Shown here: one piece after another, positions 39,086 to 49,424 of the stretch | Position numbering within the stretch: the stretch's first letter is position 1 | Layout of the letters: the number at the start of each line of letters is the position of its first letter | From: Minisyncoccia bacterium | GTDB taxonomy: Bacteria; Patescibacteriota; Minisyncoccia; Phycocordibacterales; JAKFXT01 | DNA: 64,000 nt | Reading direction: 5' to 3' | NCBI GenBank assembly: GCA_041485465.1 | Contig: JBGPJO010000003.1 | Coordinates: 3,705 to 67,704 of the forward strand | The notes under the pieces: model-generated | What the model was told of the DNA's origin: nothing | Database searches by the model: none | Seen by the model: only the letters and a program-made list of their open reading frames with translations | Translations under genes and position numbers: made by a program

Positions 39086-39568
39086 ATGGCAAAAAAATCA
39101 AACGGCAGACTACTTTTAGACGCGGTAACGATACGGCCCGTTTCGCGAGAAGATTCCAGGCGGGTATGGGAGATCAGGAATGACCCTCGTTCGCGTCCAT
39201 ATTTTAACACTACCGAAGAGATACCTTTTCCTTCACATAATACGTGGTTTGAAAAACAATATTTTGAAAATACAATCAACAAATGCATGGTCCTAATTTT
39301 AGAAGGAGCAGTTTGTGGTTATTGCCGTTTTGACAAAGATGAGGAGCGTGAAGTGTATGTAGTATCAATTGCAATCGATCCCAGTTTCCAAGGGAAAGGC
39401 TTGGGTAATATACTCCTTCGCACTTCACTACAATCTCTTCCGTCTGGCAGTTATGCGTTTGCGGAGGTAAAAAAAGACAATTTACCATCACGTAAGATTT
39501 TTGAGAAGGCGGGATTTACGGTCTCTTCTGAAGATGCCGAGAAGATTTATTTCGATTATAAGAGATGA
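39086..39568 (+). CDS. GNAT N-acetyltransferase (PseH-like)
   Basis: WEIRNDP, H..WF, GYCRFD, FQGKGLG, N..S.KIFEKAGF. Confidence 0.82.
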   Translation: MAKKSNGRLLLDAVTIRPVSREDSRRVWEIRNDPRSRPYFNTTEEIPFPSHNTWFEKQYFENTINKCMVLILEGAVCGYCRFDKDEEREVYVVSIAIDPSFQGKGLGNILLRTSLQSLPSGSYAFAEVKKDNLPSRKIFEKAGFTVSSEDAEKIYFDYKR

Positions 39569-40818
39569 AAGTGTCCATGGGTGACTTTTTTTTACCGGCG
39601 CTACCGTTTTATATTGGTTCATACTCAAAGTATCCGAAAAATATACCCAAGGCGTTGCCATTCTCTCTTACGACTGATCAGAAAACCGGTCTTATCACTG
39701 AAGTTCTCACGGGAAAGATTGAATCTGCTCTCAAGCTTTTTTATAAGCGGGGCGGATACGCATCAACGCCGCTTGGCGAAGGGGACTATGGTAAGCGGCA
39801 GGGTGAAGAATTATTTGAGTGGATCATCCGGTCCCTTAAAACTGAAGGCAGGGATATAACGGAAACCAGTTTTCTCGAACTCGGCGCCGGTTACGGGTAT
39901 TTACTTTACCTTTTGAAAAAAGGGGGGGCGAAACGTGTTTTGGGGATTGAACCCGGAAATGAAGGTATTATTGGGGCGAGAAAATATAATGTAGAAATGA
40001 TTCGTGATTTTTTTCCGACCCCGAAGCTTGTGGAGAAGTTTGATTACGTATTAAGTTATGGAGTCTTGGAACATATTAAATCTCCCGGTTCTATTTTTAA
40101 GGAAATTAAAAAATCTCTGACGAGTAACGGTATTGTGTTTGCGGCGGTGCCAGAGACAGAGCGAAAGATGCGGGTAGGGGATCCGTCTATCATAGCTCAC
40201 CAGCACGTGAATTATTTTTCGGAGCAATCACTCATCAACCTTTTTCATGATGCCGGTTTTGGTCACTCTCATGTCGAATATTCACCCAAGCGCTCAATGC
40301 TTGTCGGTTGGGCCACAACAGCAGATAAAGAATGTGGTGAAAATTCTTCCAAAAAAGTTTTAGATAAAAAAGGAAAAAAGGAAAATCTGCTTCGTGTGTT
40401 TAAGACCAATATTTTAAAAAATATCGCGACAATTCAGGAGATTGTTAATCGTGCTGAGGGTAAAAGTAAAACTCTCGGTTTTTATGCGCCTTCTTCGAAC
40501 CTGCTTGGCTTACTACAATTCAAGAATAAAGCAAGAATATTTGACAGCGATCCATGGAAACACGGCAAGCACATTGCAGGTTCACCTCTCTCTTTTGAGC
40601 CGCCCGAGGCGCTTCGTTTAGAGTCTGTCGATATGCTGTTTATTTGTGCTATCGATTATGATAGAGAAATCACAGATTATCTTATGAAGAATAACTTGCT
40701 TAGGAAGGGTAAAACGGAAATGGTGTCACTTAAAAAGATTTATGAGAACACGAGTGGTATGTGTTACCTATCAGGTAAAATTGAAGTTTTAGTAGACGAG
40801 CAGAGCGATAAAAAGTAA
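39565..40818 (+). CDS. class I SAM methyltransferase, NDP-sugar C-methyltransferase-like architecture
   Basis: LELGAGYG, GIEP, VLEHI, HQHVNYFS, C-terminal DSDPWKHGK domain. Confidence 0.75.
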   Translation: MKVSMGDFFLPALPFYIGSYSKYPKNIPKALPFSLTTDQKTGLITEVLTGKIESALKLFYKRGGYASTPLGEGDYGKRQGEELFEWIIRSLKTEGRDITETSFLELGAGYGYLLYLLKKGGAKRVLGIEPGNEGIIGARKYNVEMIRDFFPTPKLVEKFDYVLSYGVLEHIKSPGSIFKEIKKSLTSNGIVFAAVPETERKMRVGDPSIIAHQHVNYFSEQSLINLFHDAGFGHSHVEYSPKRSMLVGWATTADKECGENSSKKVLDKKGKKENLLRVFKTNILKNIATIQEIVNRAEGKSKTLGFYAPSSNLLGLLQFKNKARIFDSDPWKHGKHIAGSPLSFEPPEALRLESVDMLFICAIDYDREITDYLMKNNLLRKGKTEMVSLKKIYENTSGMCYLSGKIEVLVDEQSDKK

Positions 40819-40819
40819 A

Positions 40820-41758
40820 ATGAAAGCAAAAGTTAAAAATATTCTTTTCACCTGTGCCGGTGGCAGTAGTCCCATTTTTTTCGCGCGGGAACTGAAGAAG
40901 TCACACGGTATATTTTTGGTCGATGGAGGAGACCAAAACGCAGCACCACATCTTGGATTTCCATTTCAAAAGATTCCTTTTGGTACTGATCCGGCTTTCC
41001 CCGGGGTCATAAAAGCACTAATTGAAAAGTGGAACATTGATTGTGTAGTACCGGGGACTAATAAAGAATTAGAGCCACTGATACAGGTATTGAAAGAGAA
41101 TCCATCACTTTTGATGGTTATGCCGTCAGCTGATTTTATAAATCTCTGCCTCAACAAAAAGAAGCTTATGGAAGAACTCGCCACAGCGGGCATATCCTTT
41201 TTGTCGCCGTATGCAAAAAAAGAAACTGTGCACTACCCGGCGATTGTGAAGCCAATCTACGGCGAGGGATCACGGCAGTTCCACATTATCAAGACTGCTC
41301 TACAATTGGAAGGTTATTTGGGGCTGTACGAAAAAGAATTTAATGATGTGTTGGTCCAGCCATATATCGAAGGGACGGAATACACGATATCGGTCATTGT
41401 AAATAATCTTAACAAGATTATCGGAGTCGTTCCCAAAAAAATCATTGAAAAAAGAGGGATCACTCGCGCGGCCGTGTCAGAACAGAACGAACTCATCCAC
41501 AAGCTGTGTGAAGATATCGTTACCAAGTACAATCCCCGTGGACCATTTAATGTTCAGTTGAAACTATGGGAAGGAAAAGCTTATATTTTCGAGATTAATC
41601 CGCGTCTTTCAACGACCTCGGTTTTGAGTGACAAGGCATTTGGTAATGAGGTGGAATTATATCTGAAGTATTACGATGCTGATGAAATTAAAGATCCGCC
41701 CGAACTCAAGAGCGGAGTGTATCTCTACCGGTACGAAGAGAATATTTTTGTTTCTTGA
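40820..41758 (+). CDS. ATP-grasp domain protein (short CarB-like)
   Basis: IVKPIYGEGSR, VQPYIEGTEYTI, GPFNVQ, FEINPR. Confidence 0.88.
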   Translation: MKAKVKNILFTCAGGSSPIFFARELKKSHGIFLVDGGDQNAAPHLGFPFQKIPFGTDPAFPGVIKALIEKWNIDCVVPGTNKELEPLIQVLKENPSLLMVMPSADFINLCLNKKKLMEELATAGISFLSPYAKKETVHYPAIVKPIYGEGSRQFHIIKTALQLEGYLGLYEKEFNDVLVQPYIEGTEYTISVIVNNLNKIIGVVPKKIIEKRGITRAAVSEQNELIHKLCEDIVTKYNPRGPFNVQLKLWEGKAYIFEINPRLSTTSVLSDKAFGNEVELYLKYYDADEIKDPPELKSGVYLYRYEENIFVS

Positions 41759-41767
41759 GATTTTTAT

Positions 41768-42628
41768 ATGAAAATTCTTATTATTGGAGGCTCGCGTTTT
41801 ATGGGCCCACTTCTTGTGGAAGCTCTTGTTAGTCGTGGCCATACCGTGACGGTTTTTAATCGGGGCACAAGAAAAGTTGCTTTACCCAAAGGCACCACGG
41901 CGGTTGTCGGTGATCGCACGATGGGATTTCGGATTAAAGATAATTTTGATGTTGTCATTGATACCTGTGCTTATACGGCAGAGCATGTCAAGCGTGTGTT
42001 CGAAGATATTCATTTTGATTATTATCTGCATATCGGTACCGCCTCTTCGTATCAAAAATCACACACATTTCCGCTTACCGAACAGTCGCCGCTCGGGGCG
42101 TGGCCGCTCTGGGGAGAGTACAATGTCGGAAAACGAGCCTGTGAGGCTTTTCTTAAGAAATCCGCGAGACCGTATGGAGTTATTCGGCCGGTGTATATTC
42201 TAGGAAAGAATAATCATCTGTCGCGCGAGAATTTCATCTACGGCGCGCTGAGGCGGGGGGCTACCGTAAAGATTCCTGGTGATGGATTGGCGCTTATACA
42301 GTTTGTCTTTGTAGAAAGCGTTGTTTCGTCTCTTGTTACATTGGCAGAGACACAAACGGAAGGAGCATTCAATTGTTGCGGCAGTGAAGCGATAACTCTT
42401 CTCGGACTTGTTGAGGAAATGGCGACGATTGCCGGCGTAAAATCGGTTATAGAATTTAACCAAAAAACGAATGGCGTCGAGCATGATGAACAAGAATTTC
42501 CTTTCGCTAACGAGCATTTTTTCTGCACTAATCAAAAGTTGAAAGCGCTTGGGGTAGAGTTTTCGCCGCTTCTCCGGAGCCTTGAGCGCGACTATGCTGA
42601 TTATTATGAAGCTGTCACTCGACCATAA
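41768..42628 (+). CDS. NAD-dependent epimerase/dehydratase (atypical SDR)
   Basis: IIGGSRFMG, FNRG, YNVGK, IRPVYILG. Confidence 0.85.
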   Translation: MKILIIGGSRFMGPLLVEALVSRGHTVTVFNRGTRKVALPKGTTAVVGDRTMGFRIKDNFDVVIDTCAYTAEHVKRVFEDIHFDYYLHIGTASSYQKSHTFPLTEQSPLGAWPLWGEYNVGKRACEAFLKKSARPYGVIRPVYILGKNNHLSRENFIYGALRRGATVKIPGDGLALIQFVFVESVVSSLVTLAETQTEGAFNCCGSEAITLLGLVEEMATIAGVKSVIEFNQKTNGVEHDEQEFPFANEHFFCTNQKLKALGVEFSPLLRSLERDYADYYEAVTRP

Positions 42629-42633
42629 TATCT

Positions 42634-43140
42634 ATGGATTACAGTGAGAATGTAAGTACAGCAAAAAGAAAAGTGCATCGAGTTGCCGGCGTCGTTGTCC
42701 ATGAAGGGAAGGTATTACTGATGCGCCGGCGCAATCGTGGGAAGGAATACTACACTTTTCCGGGAGGTGGAATTGAAAAAGGGGAAACGCCCGAATCGGC
42801 TCTTATGCGGGAACTTAGAGAAGAGACATCAATCGCGGTCACGCCCAAAAAATTGTTATATACTGTGATGTGGGATGATGACACAGAGGAATTTTTTTAT
42901 CTATGCTCTTTTGTTTCTGGTGAACCGAAACTCGCGGATGATTCTATTGAAAAAGAAGTAATGAAAAAAGATACTGAGCAATACTACGAGCCGCTATGGA
43001 TGGAGCTTTCGCGCATTCCGATCCTTCTCGCGTATCCTTTAGAGGTAAGAGATTATTTTATAAAAGATGTACGCTCAAATTTCGAAGTAGAACCAAGAAA
43101 TATAGCTTTAGAGAGAGGACACGGCCGCCAAGAACTATAA
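42634..43140 (+). CDS. NUDIX hydrolase
   Basis: PGGGIEKGETPESALMRELREET Nudix box. Confidence 0.92.
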   Translation: MDYSENVSTAKRKVHRVAGVVVHEGKVLLMRRRNRGKEYYTFPGGGIEKGETPESALMRELREETSIAVTPKKLLYTVMWDDDTEEFFYLCSFVSGEPKLADDSIEKEVMKKDTEQYYEPLWMELSRIPILLAYPLEVRDYFIKDVRSNFEVEPRNIALERGHGRQEL

Positions 43141-43167
43141 AGTTACAGATACGTTAAGATAATAAAT

Positions 43168-43851
43168 ATGATAAATATGGCCAAGAAAAATAAAGTACTT
43201 GTAGTTGCGGCACATCCGGATGACGAGCTTCTCGGTGTTGCTGGTACGCTTTGTCGCCATAAAGAAAAGGGTGATGATCTTTCTATACTTATACTTGCAA
43301 ACGGAGAAGATTCTCGTGATAGTGGAGCTGATGCAAAGAAACGTCTCGCGCAGGCCGGGGAGGCTGCGAAGGATCTTGGAGCAACACTCTATCTTGAAAA
43401 CTTACCGGATAACCAGTTTGATTCAGTTCCGCTCTTAAAAATTGCCAAACTGGTCGAAGTGGTAGTTGCAGAGGTGAAGCCGGATACTGTTTACACGCAC
43501 TACGCACATGATCTGAATATCGATCACCGCCTTACTTGTCAGGCGGTATTGACGGCATGCCGTCCAATGCCCGGATGTAGCGTTAAAACTATTTTCAGTT
43601 TTGAAACTCTTTCCGCGACGGAGTGGCAAATAAAAGATTCTCGGCAATTTTCTCCAAACTACTACGTCGATATCACCAAGAATCTTGAGGAAAAAAAGCG
43701 CTTACTGAAATATTATAATGATGAGATGCGATCGTACCCGCATCCGCGGTCATATGAAGGTATTGATATATTAGCTAAATATCGTGGTCTTGAGGTGGGT
43801 CTTAAAGCGGCTGAGGCGTTCGTAGTTGTGCGTGCCATTTTCGATGGCTAA
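43168..43851 (+). CDS. PIG-L/LmbE family deacetylase
   Basis: AAHPDDE, DLNIDH, PHPRS, AEAF. Confidence 0.92.
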   Translation: MINMAKKNKVLVVAAHPDDELLGVAGTLCRHKEKGDDLSILILANGEDSRDSGADAKKRLAQAGEAAKDLGATLYLENLPDNQFDSVPLLKIAKLVEVVVAEVKPDTVYTHYAHDLNIDHRLTCQAVLTACRPMPGCSVKTIFSFETLSATEWQIKDSRQFSPNYYVDITKNLEEKKRLLKYYNDEMRSYPHPRSYEGIDILAKYRGLEVGLKAAEAFVVVRAIFDG

Positions 43852-43909
43852 GAAGTTATTTAATTATGAAGCAAATTAGGGGCCTGACTTTTTTCAGGCT
43901 CTTGTTTTC

Positions 43910-45721
43910 ATGAAGTTCGGTGCAATGAAATTTTCTCACACTTTTAAAACCCTTTGGGCCATTTTCTCCAAGTATCGATGGCATATTAGTAGCCTCGTCG
44001 TGCTTGGTTTTGTGACCGCTATTCTTGAGGGTCTCGGTATCAACATTGCGATACCACTTTTCTCTTTTATAGCTGGCGGGCAGGCCCCGACTGATTTTGT
44101 TTCTACGACAGTCCAAAATCTTTTCCGGTTTTTTTCTATTCCGTTTATACCCCGGTATCTCTTTGCTCTGATCCTTCTACTTTTTATACTTCGATCTGTG
44201 GCCTCAGTTGTATTCGGGTATGTGCGCGGGTGGATCAATGCCGATTTTGTGACGACGGAAAGTGAAGCTCTCCTCAAAGGTACTCTTTCTGCTTCGTGGC
44301 CGTTTCTTTTGAAGCAAAAAATCGGCACACTTCAGAATACACTTATTCGCGACGTTCAACGCACGGGGGAGTTGCTTTCATCGTTAAGCCAGACAATTCA
44401 ATCATTCACAGGTTTTCTGATGTACTTAGTGGTAGCTCTAAACATATCACCGCTCACCACTTTTTATACAATTTTAGGTGGAATTGTTCTGGTGTTTATA
44501 ATGTTTCCTCTTCAGCGGAAAAGTCGTGAGGCGGGTGGGGCTATGGTCTTAACTGAAAAGCGAATCTCGCAATTTATGGCTGAACATATTATTGGCATGA
44601 AGGCCATAAAAGCGGCAGCGGCGGAAAAGAAAGCATATGAGGACGGAAAAAAATCGTTTCGGGATCTTCGAAATTACTACGTCAAACTTGCTTTTATTCG
44701 GGCTGTCGGTGGAAGTGTTTTTCAACCGTTCAGTATTATTTTTATAACCATACTTTTTGTTCTTACCTATCACACACCGGGGTTTAGTCTTATTTCTTTT
44801 GCCGCGACACTTTATCTTATACAGAAAATTTTCACCTATCTTGAGTCCGGCCAGGGTGCGTTTAATCTGCTAAACGAACTTGTGCCCTATGCCGAAAATA
44901 TAATGGCTTTTAAGAAAACACTAACCACTCATAAAGAGTCAGGCGTCAATGGAAAAAATTCCTTTGTGTTTAAAAATAACCTTACATTTAAGGATGTCAG
45001 TTTTTCGTATAACACAGAAAAACCGGTTCTCTCTGACGTTAGTTTTTCTGTTGCCCACGGGGAAACAGTTGGTCTTATTGGTCCATCGGGCGCGGGGAAA
45101 ACCTCCGTTGCCGATTTACTCTTGCGGCTTTTTACGCCTTCTTCAGGCACGATTACTCTTAATGGGGTATCGATTGATACTATTTCTACACCAGAGTGGC
45201 GCGAACATGTCGGCTATGTTTCCCAGGACATTTTTCTTTTTAATGAGTCTGTAAAAGAGAATATTAGTTTCTATCGGAATGATCTTTCCGATGAGGATAT
45301 TATTAACGCCGCCAAGCAAGCAAATATTTTCGATTTTATTGAAACACTTGAAAACGGCTTTGATACTATCGTCGGTGATCGGGGAGTAATGCTTTCCGGC
45401 GGACAGCGTCAGAGGGTTGTGCTCGCCCGCGCTCTTGCGCGGAAACCGGAGCTTCTTATTCTCGATGAGGCAACGAGTGCGCTTGACGCGGAGTCGGAGA
45501 GGCTCATACAAGAGGCGATAAAAGCGCTTCACGGAACGATGACAGTGTTTATTATTGCCCACCGTCTCAGTACCGTTGAGAGCGTTGATATGATTTTTGT
45601 GCTTGATCACGGACGCATTATGGAGAAGGGGTCACCCCGGGAACTTAAGACTGACACCAATTCATATTTTTACAGGATGCAACACAATTTAGATGAAGAG
45701 GTGGCGCCAAACCATGCCTGA
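43910..45721 (+). CDS. ABC transporter permease/ATPase (MsbA/PglK-like glycan flippase)
   Basis: N-terminal TMD; GPSGAGKT, LSGGQRQR, LILDEATSALD, IAHRLST. Confidence 0.9.
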   Translation: MKFGAMKFSHTFKTLWAIFSKYRWHISSLVVLGFVTAILEGLGINIAIPLFSFIAGGQAPTDFVSTTVQNLFRFFSIPFIPRYLFALILLLFILRSVASVVFGYVRGWINADFVTTESEALLKGTLSASWPFLLKQKIGTLQNTLIRDVQRTGELLSSLSQTIQSFTGFLMYLVVALNISPLTTFYTILGGIVLVFIMFPLQRKSREAGGAMVLTEKRISQFMAEHIIGMKAIKAAAAEKKAYEDGKKSFRDLRNYYVKLAFIRAVGGSVFQPFSIIFITILFVLTYHTPGFSLISFAATLYLIQKIFTYLESGQGAFNLLNELVPYAENIMAFKKTLTTHKESGVNGKNSFVFKNNLTFKDVSFSYNTEKPVLSDVSFSVAHGETVGLIGPSGAGKTSVADLLLRLFTPSSGTITLNGVSIDTISTPEWREHVGYVSQDIFLFNESVKENISFYRNDLSDEDIINAAKQANIFDFIETLENGFDTIVGDRGVMLSGGQRQRVVLARALARKPELLILDEATSALDAESERLIQEAIKALHGTMTVFIIAHRLSTVESVDMIFVLDHGRIMEKGSPRELKTDTNSYFYRMQHNLDEEVAPNHA

Positions 45722-46205
45722 ACGAATAAAACAATTTATCGAGAAGGAACACATCACGTTCTTTGCGCTCTGTAACCCATTTTTTGTCTTTCGACTTCTC
45801 TCACATCACCGATATATTCACTTCTTCCTTATCGGGGTTACCGGTGTTGGTATTAACCTAGTGCTTACCTGGTTTTTCGCCGAGTTTGTTTTTGGGCGCA
45901 GTCGGTATTTTGACGCGTACCTTATCGGTCTTGCGGGGAACCTTGTCTATAATTTTATACTTCACACCGTGATAACGTTTAAAACAACTCGGGCGCACTC
46001 GAAACGCTTTATTGTGTTTATTTTCTATGCTCTGCTCATGACTGCGCTTCAGGCGTATTTGGTAAAAATCATTACTCAGATAGTCGGCGTTGATTATTAT
46101 TTATTTGTTATTGCTTCCATCATTCTCTTTTTCTCGACAGTGAGCTTTTTTATATTTAAACTGTCAGTATTCAATGAAAAAATCAATGAAAATACACCTG
46201 CCTAA
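45714..46205 (+). CDS. GtrA family protein
   Basis: Four TM; FFLIGVTGVGINL, YNFILH..ITF pattern. Confidence 0.8.
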   Translation: MPERIKQFIEKEHITFFALCNPFFVFRLLSHHRYIHFFLIGVTGVGINLVLTWFFAEFVFGRSRYFDAYLIGLAGNLVYNFILHTVITFKTTRAHSKRFIVFIFYALLMTALQAYLVKIITQIVGVDYYLFVIASIILFFSTVSFFIFKLSVFNEKINENTPA

Positions 46206-47565
46206 AACGCTTGTGTGGATCATTCTTCTGTCGCTTCTGCTTCATGTCGCAGGGCTTGCTTTCGTTATAGCTACTCGCGGGCCAAACGTACTTGTCTATG
46301 GCGACGCGCACGGCTATATATTACTCGCCGAGCATCTCCGTGAAGGTCTTGGTTTTGTGTCGGAGCTTCCCCAGGGTTTTGTATCAGAAACATTTCGTAC
46401 CCCAGGACTTCCTCTGCTTTTATATTTCTTCATTTCCTCTAGTTCTGGACTCCTAATTTATCTCAGCATACTTACCTCTACTGCTTCTTTGTTACTGCCG
46501 TTTCTCACATGGTGGATTGGCTTAAGACTTTTTAATCAGAGAACAGCTCTTATTGCCGCAGGAATAATGGCCTTTGAACCTATGCTTATATTTTTCAGCT
46601 GGTTTCCTCTCACGGAGATCCCATTCCTTCTCTTTTTGCTTGCTTCCATTGCGGCATTTCTTAAAAGTTTTGAGGAAAAAAATTCTTTACTATGGACTAT
46701 TTTTGCCGGTGCTCTTGCCGGATATAGCATCTTGATTCGGCCGAGCTCATTTCTTTTCTTTGTTGGCACATATGTGGTCTTAGTCATTGTTAAGTTGAAA
46801 AATAAAAGAATGCTTTTAAAATTAGCATCTTTTGGACTTGCCTGTGCCATCGTTATTTTCCCGTGGTCGTATCATGTCCATAAAATCACCGGTTCATGGG
46901 CTGTTTCTGGCACGGGATGGTCGAATGTGTATGCTGATTATCTTTCAAGTATTCGTTCTTTGAAAAATGGTACGACTTTGGCGTATGAAAGAAATTTAAT
47001 CTACAGTACCGGTGCGCAGACACTTGGCCTCGGTGCGCCAGAGGAGTTATTTAATCCCGCGAATAGCCGCATTGTGCGAAACGCCGCGCTTTCCGAGCTG
47101 TGGAGTGATCGCCGATTTGTGGCTAAACTTGAGCCGATACTTTTATTTACATTTTTTACAAACGATGGCTGGTATTACTCGGCAAGCACGGTCGGGCTTA
47201 TCACTCGGCTTCCGGCGCACATTTCACCAACTGGTCTTTTCTTAAACACAGGTTTCAGTGCTTTCTCGCGTATTTGGCAGCAGCTTGCAGGGCAGTTTTT
47301 TGTGCCTGTTATCGGACGAATTGTCGAGTTATCTTTTTTCCTTTTGGCACTTATTGGAACATGGCGCGGGATCCGCGATCCGCGATTTCGCGTCGCGCTT
47401 CTTCTCTCTTTATTTATTAGTCTTGCCGCTCTCGGTTCAACAGCTCTTGGTTTCGGTGTTGAAGCGCGCTTGAGAATTTCAGTTATGCCGCTTATTTTCT
47501 TACTTGCAGCTCTCGGCGCTGATCAGCTATTATTTTTATGGAGCAAAAAGCATACGAATATCTAA
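46186..47565 (+). CDS. GT-C-fold glycosyltransferase (ArnT/PMT-like)
   Basis: GDAHGY, FRTPGLP, LTEIPF, LIRP, ARLR; multiple TM. Confidence 0.8.
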   Translation: MKIHLPKTLVWIILLSLLLHVAGLAFVIATRGPNVLVYGDAHGYILLAEHLREGLGFVSELPQGFVSETFRTPGLPLLLYFFISSSSGLLIYLSILTSTASLLLPFLTWWIGLRLFNQRTALIAAGIMAFEPMLIFFSWFPLTEIPFLLFLLASIAAFLKSFEEKNSLLWTIFAGALAGYSILIRPSSFLFFVGTYVVLVIVKLKNKRMLLKLASFGLACAIVIFPWSYHVHKITGSWAVSGTGWSNVYADYLSSIRSLKNGTTLAYERNLIYSTGAQTLGLGAPEELFNPANSRIVRNAALSELWSDRRFVAKLEPILLFTFFTNDGWYYSASTVGLITRLPAHISPTGLFLNTGFSAFSRIWQQLAGQFFVPVIGRIVELSFFLLALIGTWRGIRDPRFRVALLLSLFISLAALGSTALGFGVEARLRISVMPLIFLLAALGADQLLFLWSKKHTNI

Positions 47566-48245
47566 AGCAGAGTGAGGATTCTTGGTGGTGGAAGGGTAGG
47601 GCCTACGCCGTATCTCGACTTCTATCGAAATATGTCCACTCTAAAGATAACAACATTCTTGATGTTGGGGCTGGGTATGGTTCGATGTATCCGGTACTTG
47701 CGCTATACGGCGATGTCTTAGCTCTTGAGGTTTACGAAGAAGCCGCTAATGTTTGTCGAATGCGTGGTTATCGGGAAGTATTAACGCATGACGATGATTT
47801 GAACGGAAAAGGTAAAGCCTTTGATCTTATCGGGGCTTTTGATGTGATTGAACATATCGAAAATGATCAAAAATTTTTAGATTCTCTGTACAAATCATTA
47901 AAGCCGGGAGGTTTAATTATCGCGACTGTGCCAGCATATCAAGCTCTTTGGAGTACTCATGATGTCGAACATCACCATTTTAGAAGGTATACAAAAAGTT
48001 CCTTGAAGTATGTCTTTTCTGAGGCCGGTTTCAAGGTTATTTATTCTAGCTATTGGAATTTTTCATTATTTCCGGTTGCTTTTGCATTAAGAAAATTAGG
48101 ACATGGTGGGGATGAGGGTTTAAATCCCGGCGGTGTTATTAATAGTTTAATTTCTGGCCTACTTTGGCTAGAGTCCCGGTGTATGTCATATGTCTCTTTT
48201 CCGTGGGGGGTAAGTGTCGTTATTTTGGCGCGGCGAGTCAAATGA
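47538..48245 (+). CDS. class I SAM-dependent methyltransferase
   Basis: WWWKGR, LDVGAGYG, DVIEHI, TVPAY..LWSTHD...HFRRY. Confidence 0.9.
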   Translation: MEQKAYEYLKQSEDSWWWKGRAYAVSRLLSKYVHSKDNNILDVGAGYGSMYPVLALYGDVLALEVYEEAANVCRMRGYREVLTHDDDLNGKGKAFDLIGAFDVIEHIENDQKFLDSLYKSLKPGGLIIATVPAYQALWSTHDVEHHHFRRYTKSSLKYVFSEAGFKVIYSSYWNFSLFPVAFALRKLGHGGDEGLNPGGVINSLISGLLWLESRCMSYVSFPWGVSVVILARRVK

Positions 48246-48393
48246 TGACTGTCGTTGACCGCCCATGAAATTCGATCATAATACAGTTTATGAATATTGC
48301 GGGTCGGAAACACAAAGGGTTAGGTCGGAAGATCGGGGAGTATACTGATAGACTTATAGACTATTGAACCAAAAAATCCAAAGAACATAATCT

Positions 48394-49413
48394 ATGATTT
48401 TAGTGCGCGCACCACTTCGAATAAGTTTTGTGGGAGGAGGAACGGATCTCCCCGAGTTTTACCATAAGTATCCGGGGCGGGTTCTTTCTGCGACCATAGA
48501 TAAATTTGTATATCTGGCAATAAAATCCACCCCGCTCGTTAATAAATTTATAGTCAAATACCAAAAAACAGAATCAGTGGCTCATCCTAAAGAGCTTAAA
48601 CATGACAGGGTTCGCGAAGCCCTTCTTAAGCTCTCATTGGTTGATGATGGCATTGAAATAGGATCTTTTGCAGATCTGCCTGCAAAAACCGGTCTTGGTT
48701 CCTCATCGAGCTTCTCTGTTGCACTTCTAAAGGGCCTCTATGCTTTTCAGGGGAGAAAATTGGGTGCAAAAGAGGCAGCGGAAATGGCAGCTGATTTGGA
48801 AATAAATTTGGTGGGGGAACCTATCGGTAAACAGGACCAATACGCAGCATCTCTGGGAGGCTTCAATATTTTCCAGTTCAATAAGGATGAATCTGTCGAT
48901 ATCGAATCAATTTTACTCGATTACAAAAAGCGCAGCATAATGGAGGATCATCTGATGTTGCTTTTTACTGGAATCACCAGGGACGCGCGTTCTGTTCTTA
49001 AGGGTCAGAGCTCTAAAATTCTTGATAATATCGAGACGTATAAAAAGATGTCCGATTCCGTTTTTGATTTCAACGAAAAATTGCTTGCCGGAGATCTAAG
49101 AGGTATGGCGGATATGTTGAACGAAGGCTGGAAAAGAAAAAAAAGCCTGGCCCCCAATGTCTCGAATTCGCTGATAGATGAGCTTTTTGAAGCTGGTCTT
49201 AAAGCGGGGGCTTGGGGCGGAAAAATTCTGGGCGCTGGCGGTGGAGGCTGTCTTCTTTTTATAGTGCCTCCAAACATTAAGGCTACTGTAGGAGCTGCCG
49301 TAAAAGCTGTCGCCTCAAAAAACAACCTAAAGGATTTCCAAGAAATTCCTTTCCGATTTACCCAATGTGGCACTGACGTAATTTTTAACAGCTACCACTC
49401 TTCCTTGTCTTAG
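48394..49413 (+). CDS. hddA: D-glycero-alpha-D-manno-heptose-7-phosphate kinase (GHMP)
   Basis: RAPLRISFVGGGTD, GLGSSS, IGKQDQY, GGKILGAGGGG. Confidence 0.9.
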   Translation: MILVRAPLRISFVGGGTDLPEFYHKYPGRVLSATIDKFVYLAIKSTPLVNKFIVKYQKTESVAHPKELKHDRVREALLKLSLVDDGIEIGSFADLPAKTGLGSSSSFSVALLKGLYAFQGRKLGAKEAAEMAADLEINLVGEPIGKQDQYAASLGGFNIFQFNKDESVDIESILLDYKKRSIMEDHLMLLFTGITRDARSVLKGQSSKILDNIETYKKMSDSVFDFNEKLLAGDLRGMADMLNEGWKRKKSLAPNVSNSLIDELFEAGLKAGAWGGKILGAGGGGCLLFIVPPNIKATVGAAVKAVASKNNLKDFQEIPFRFTQCGTDVIFNSYHSSLS

Positions 49414-49424
49414 TTATCTTATTT

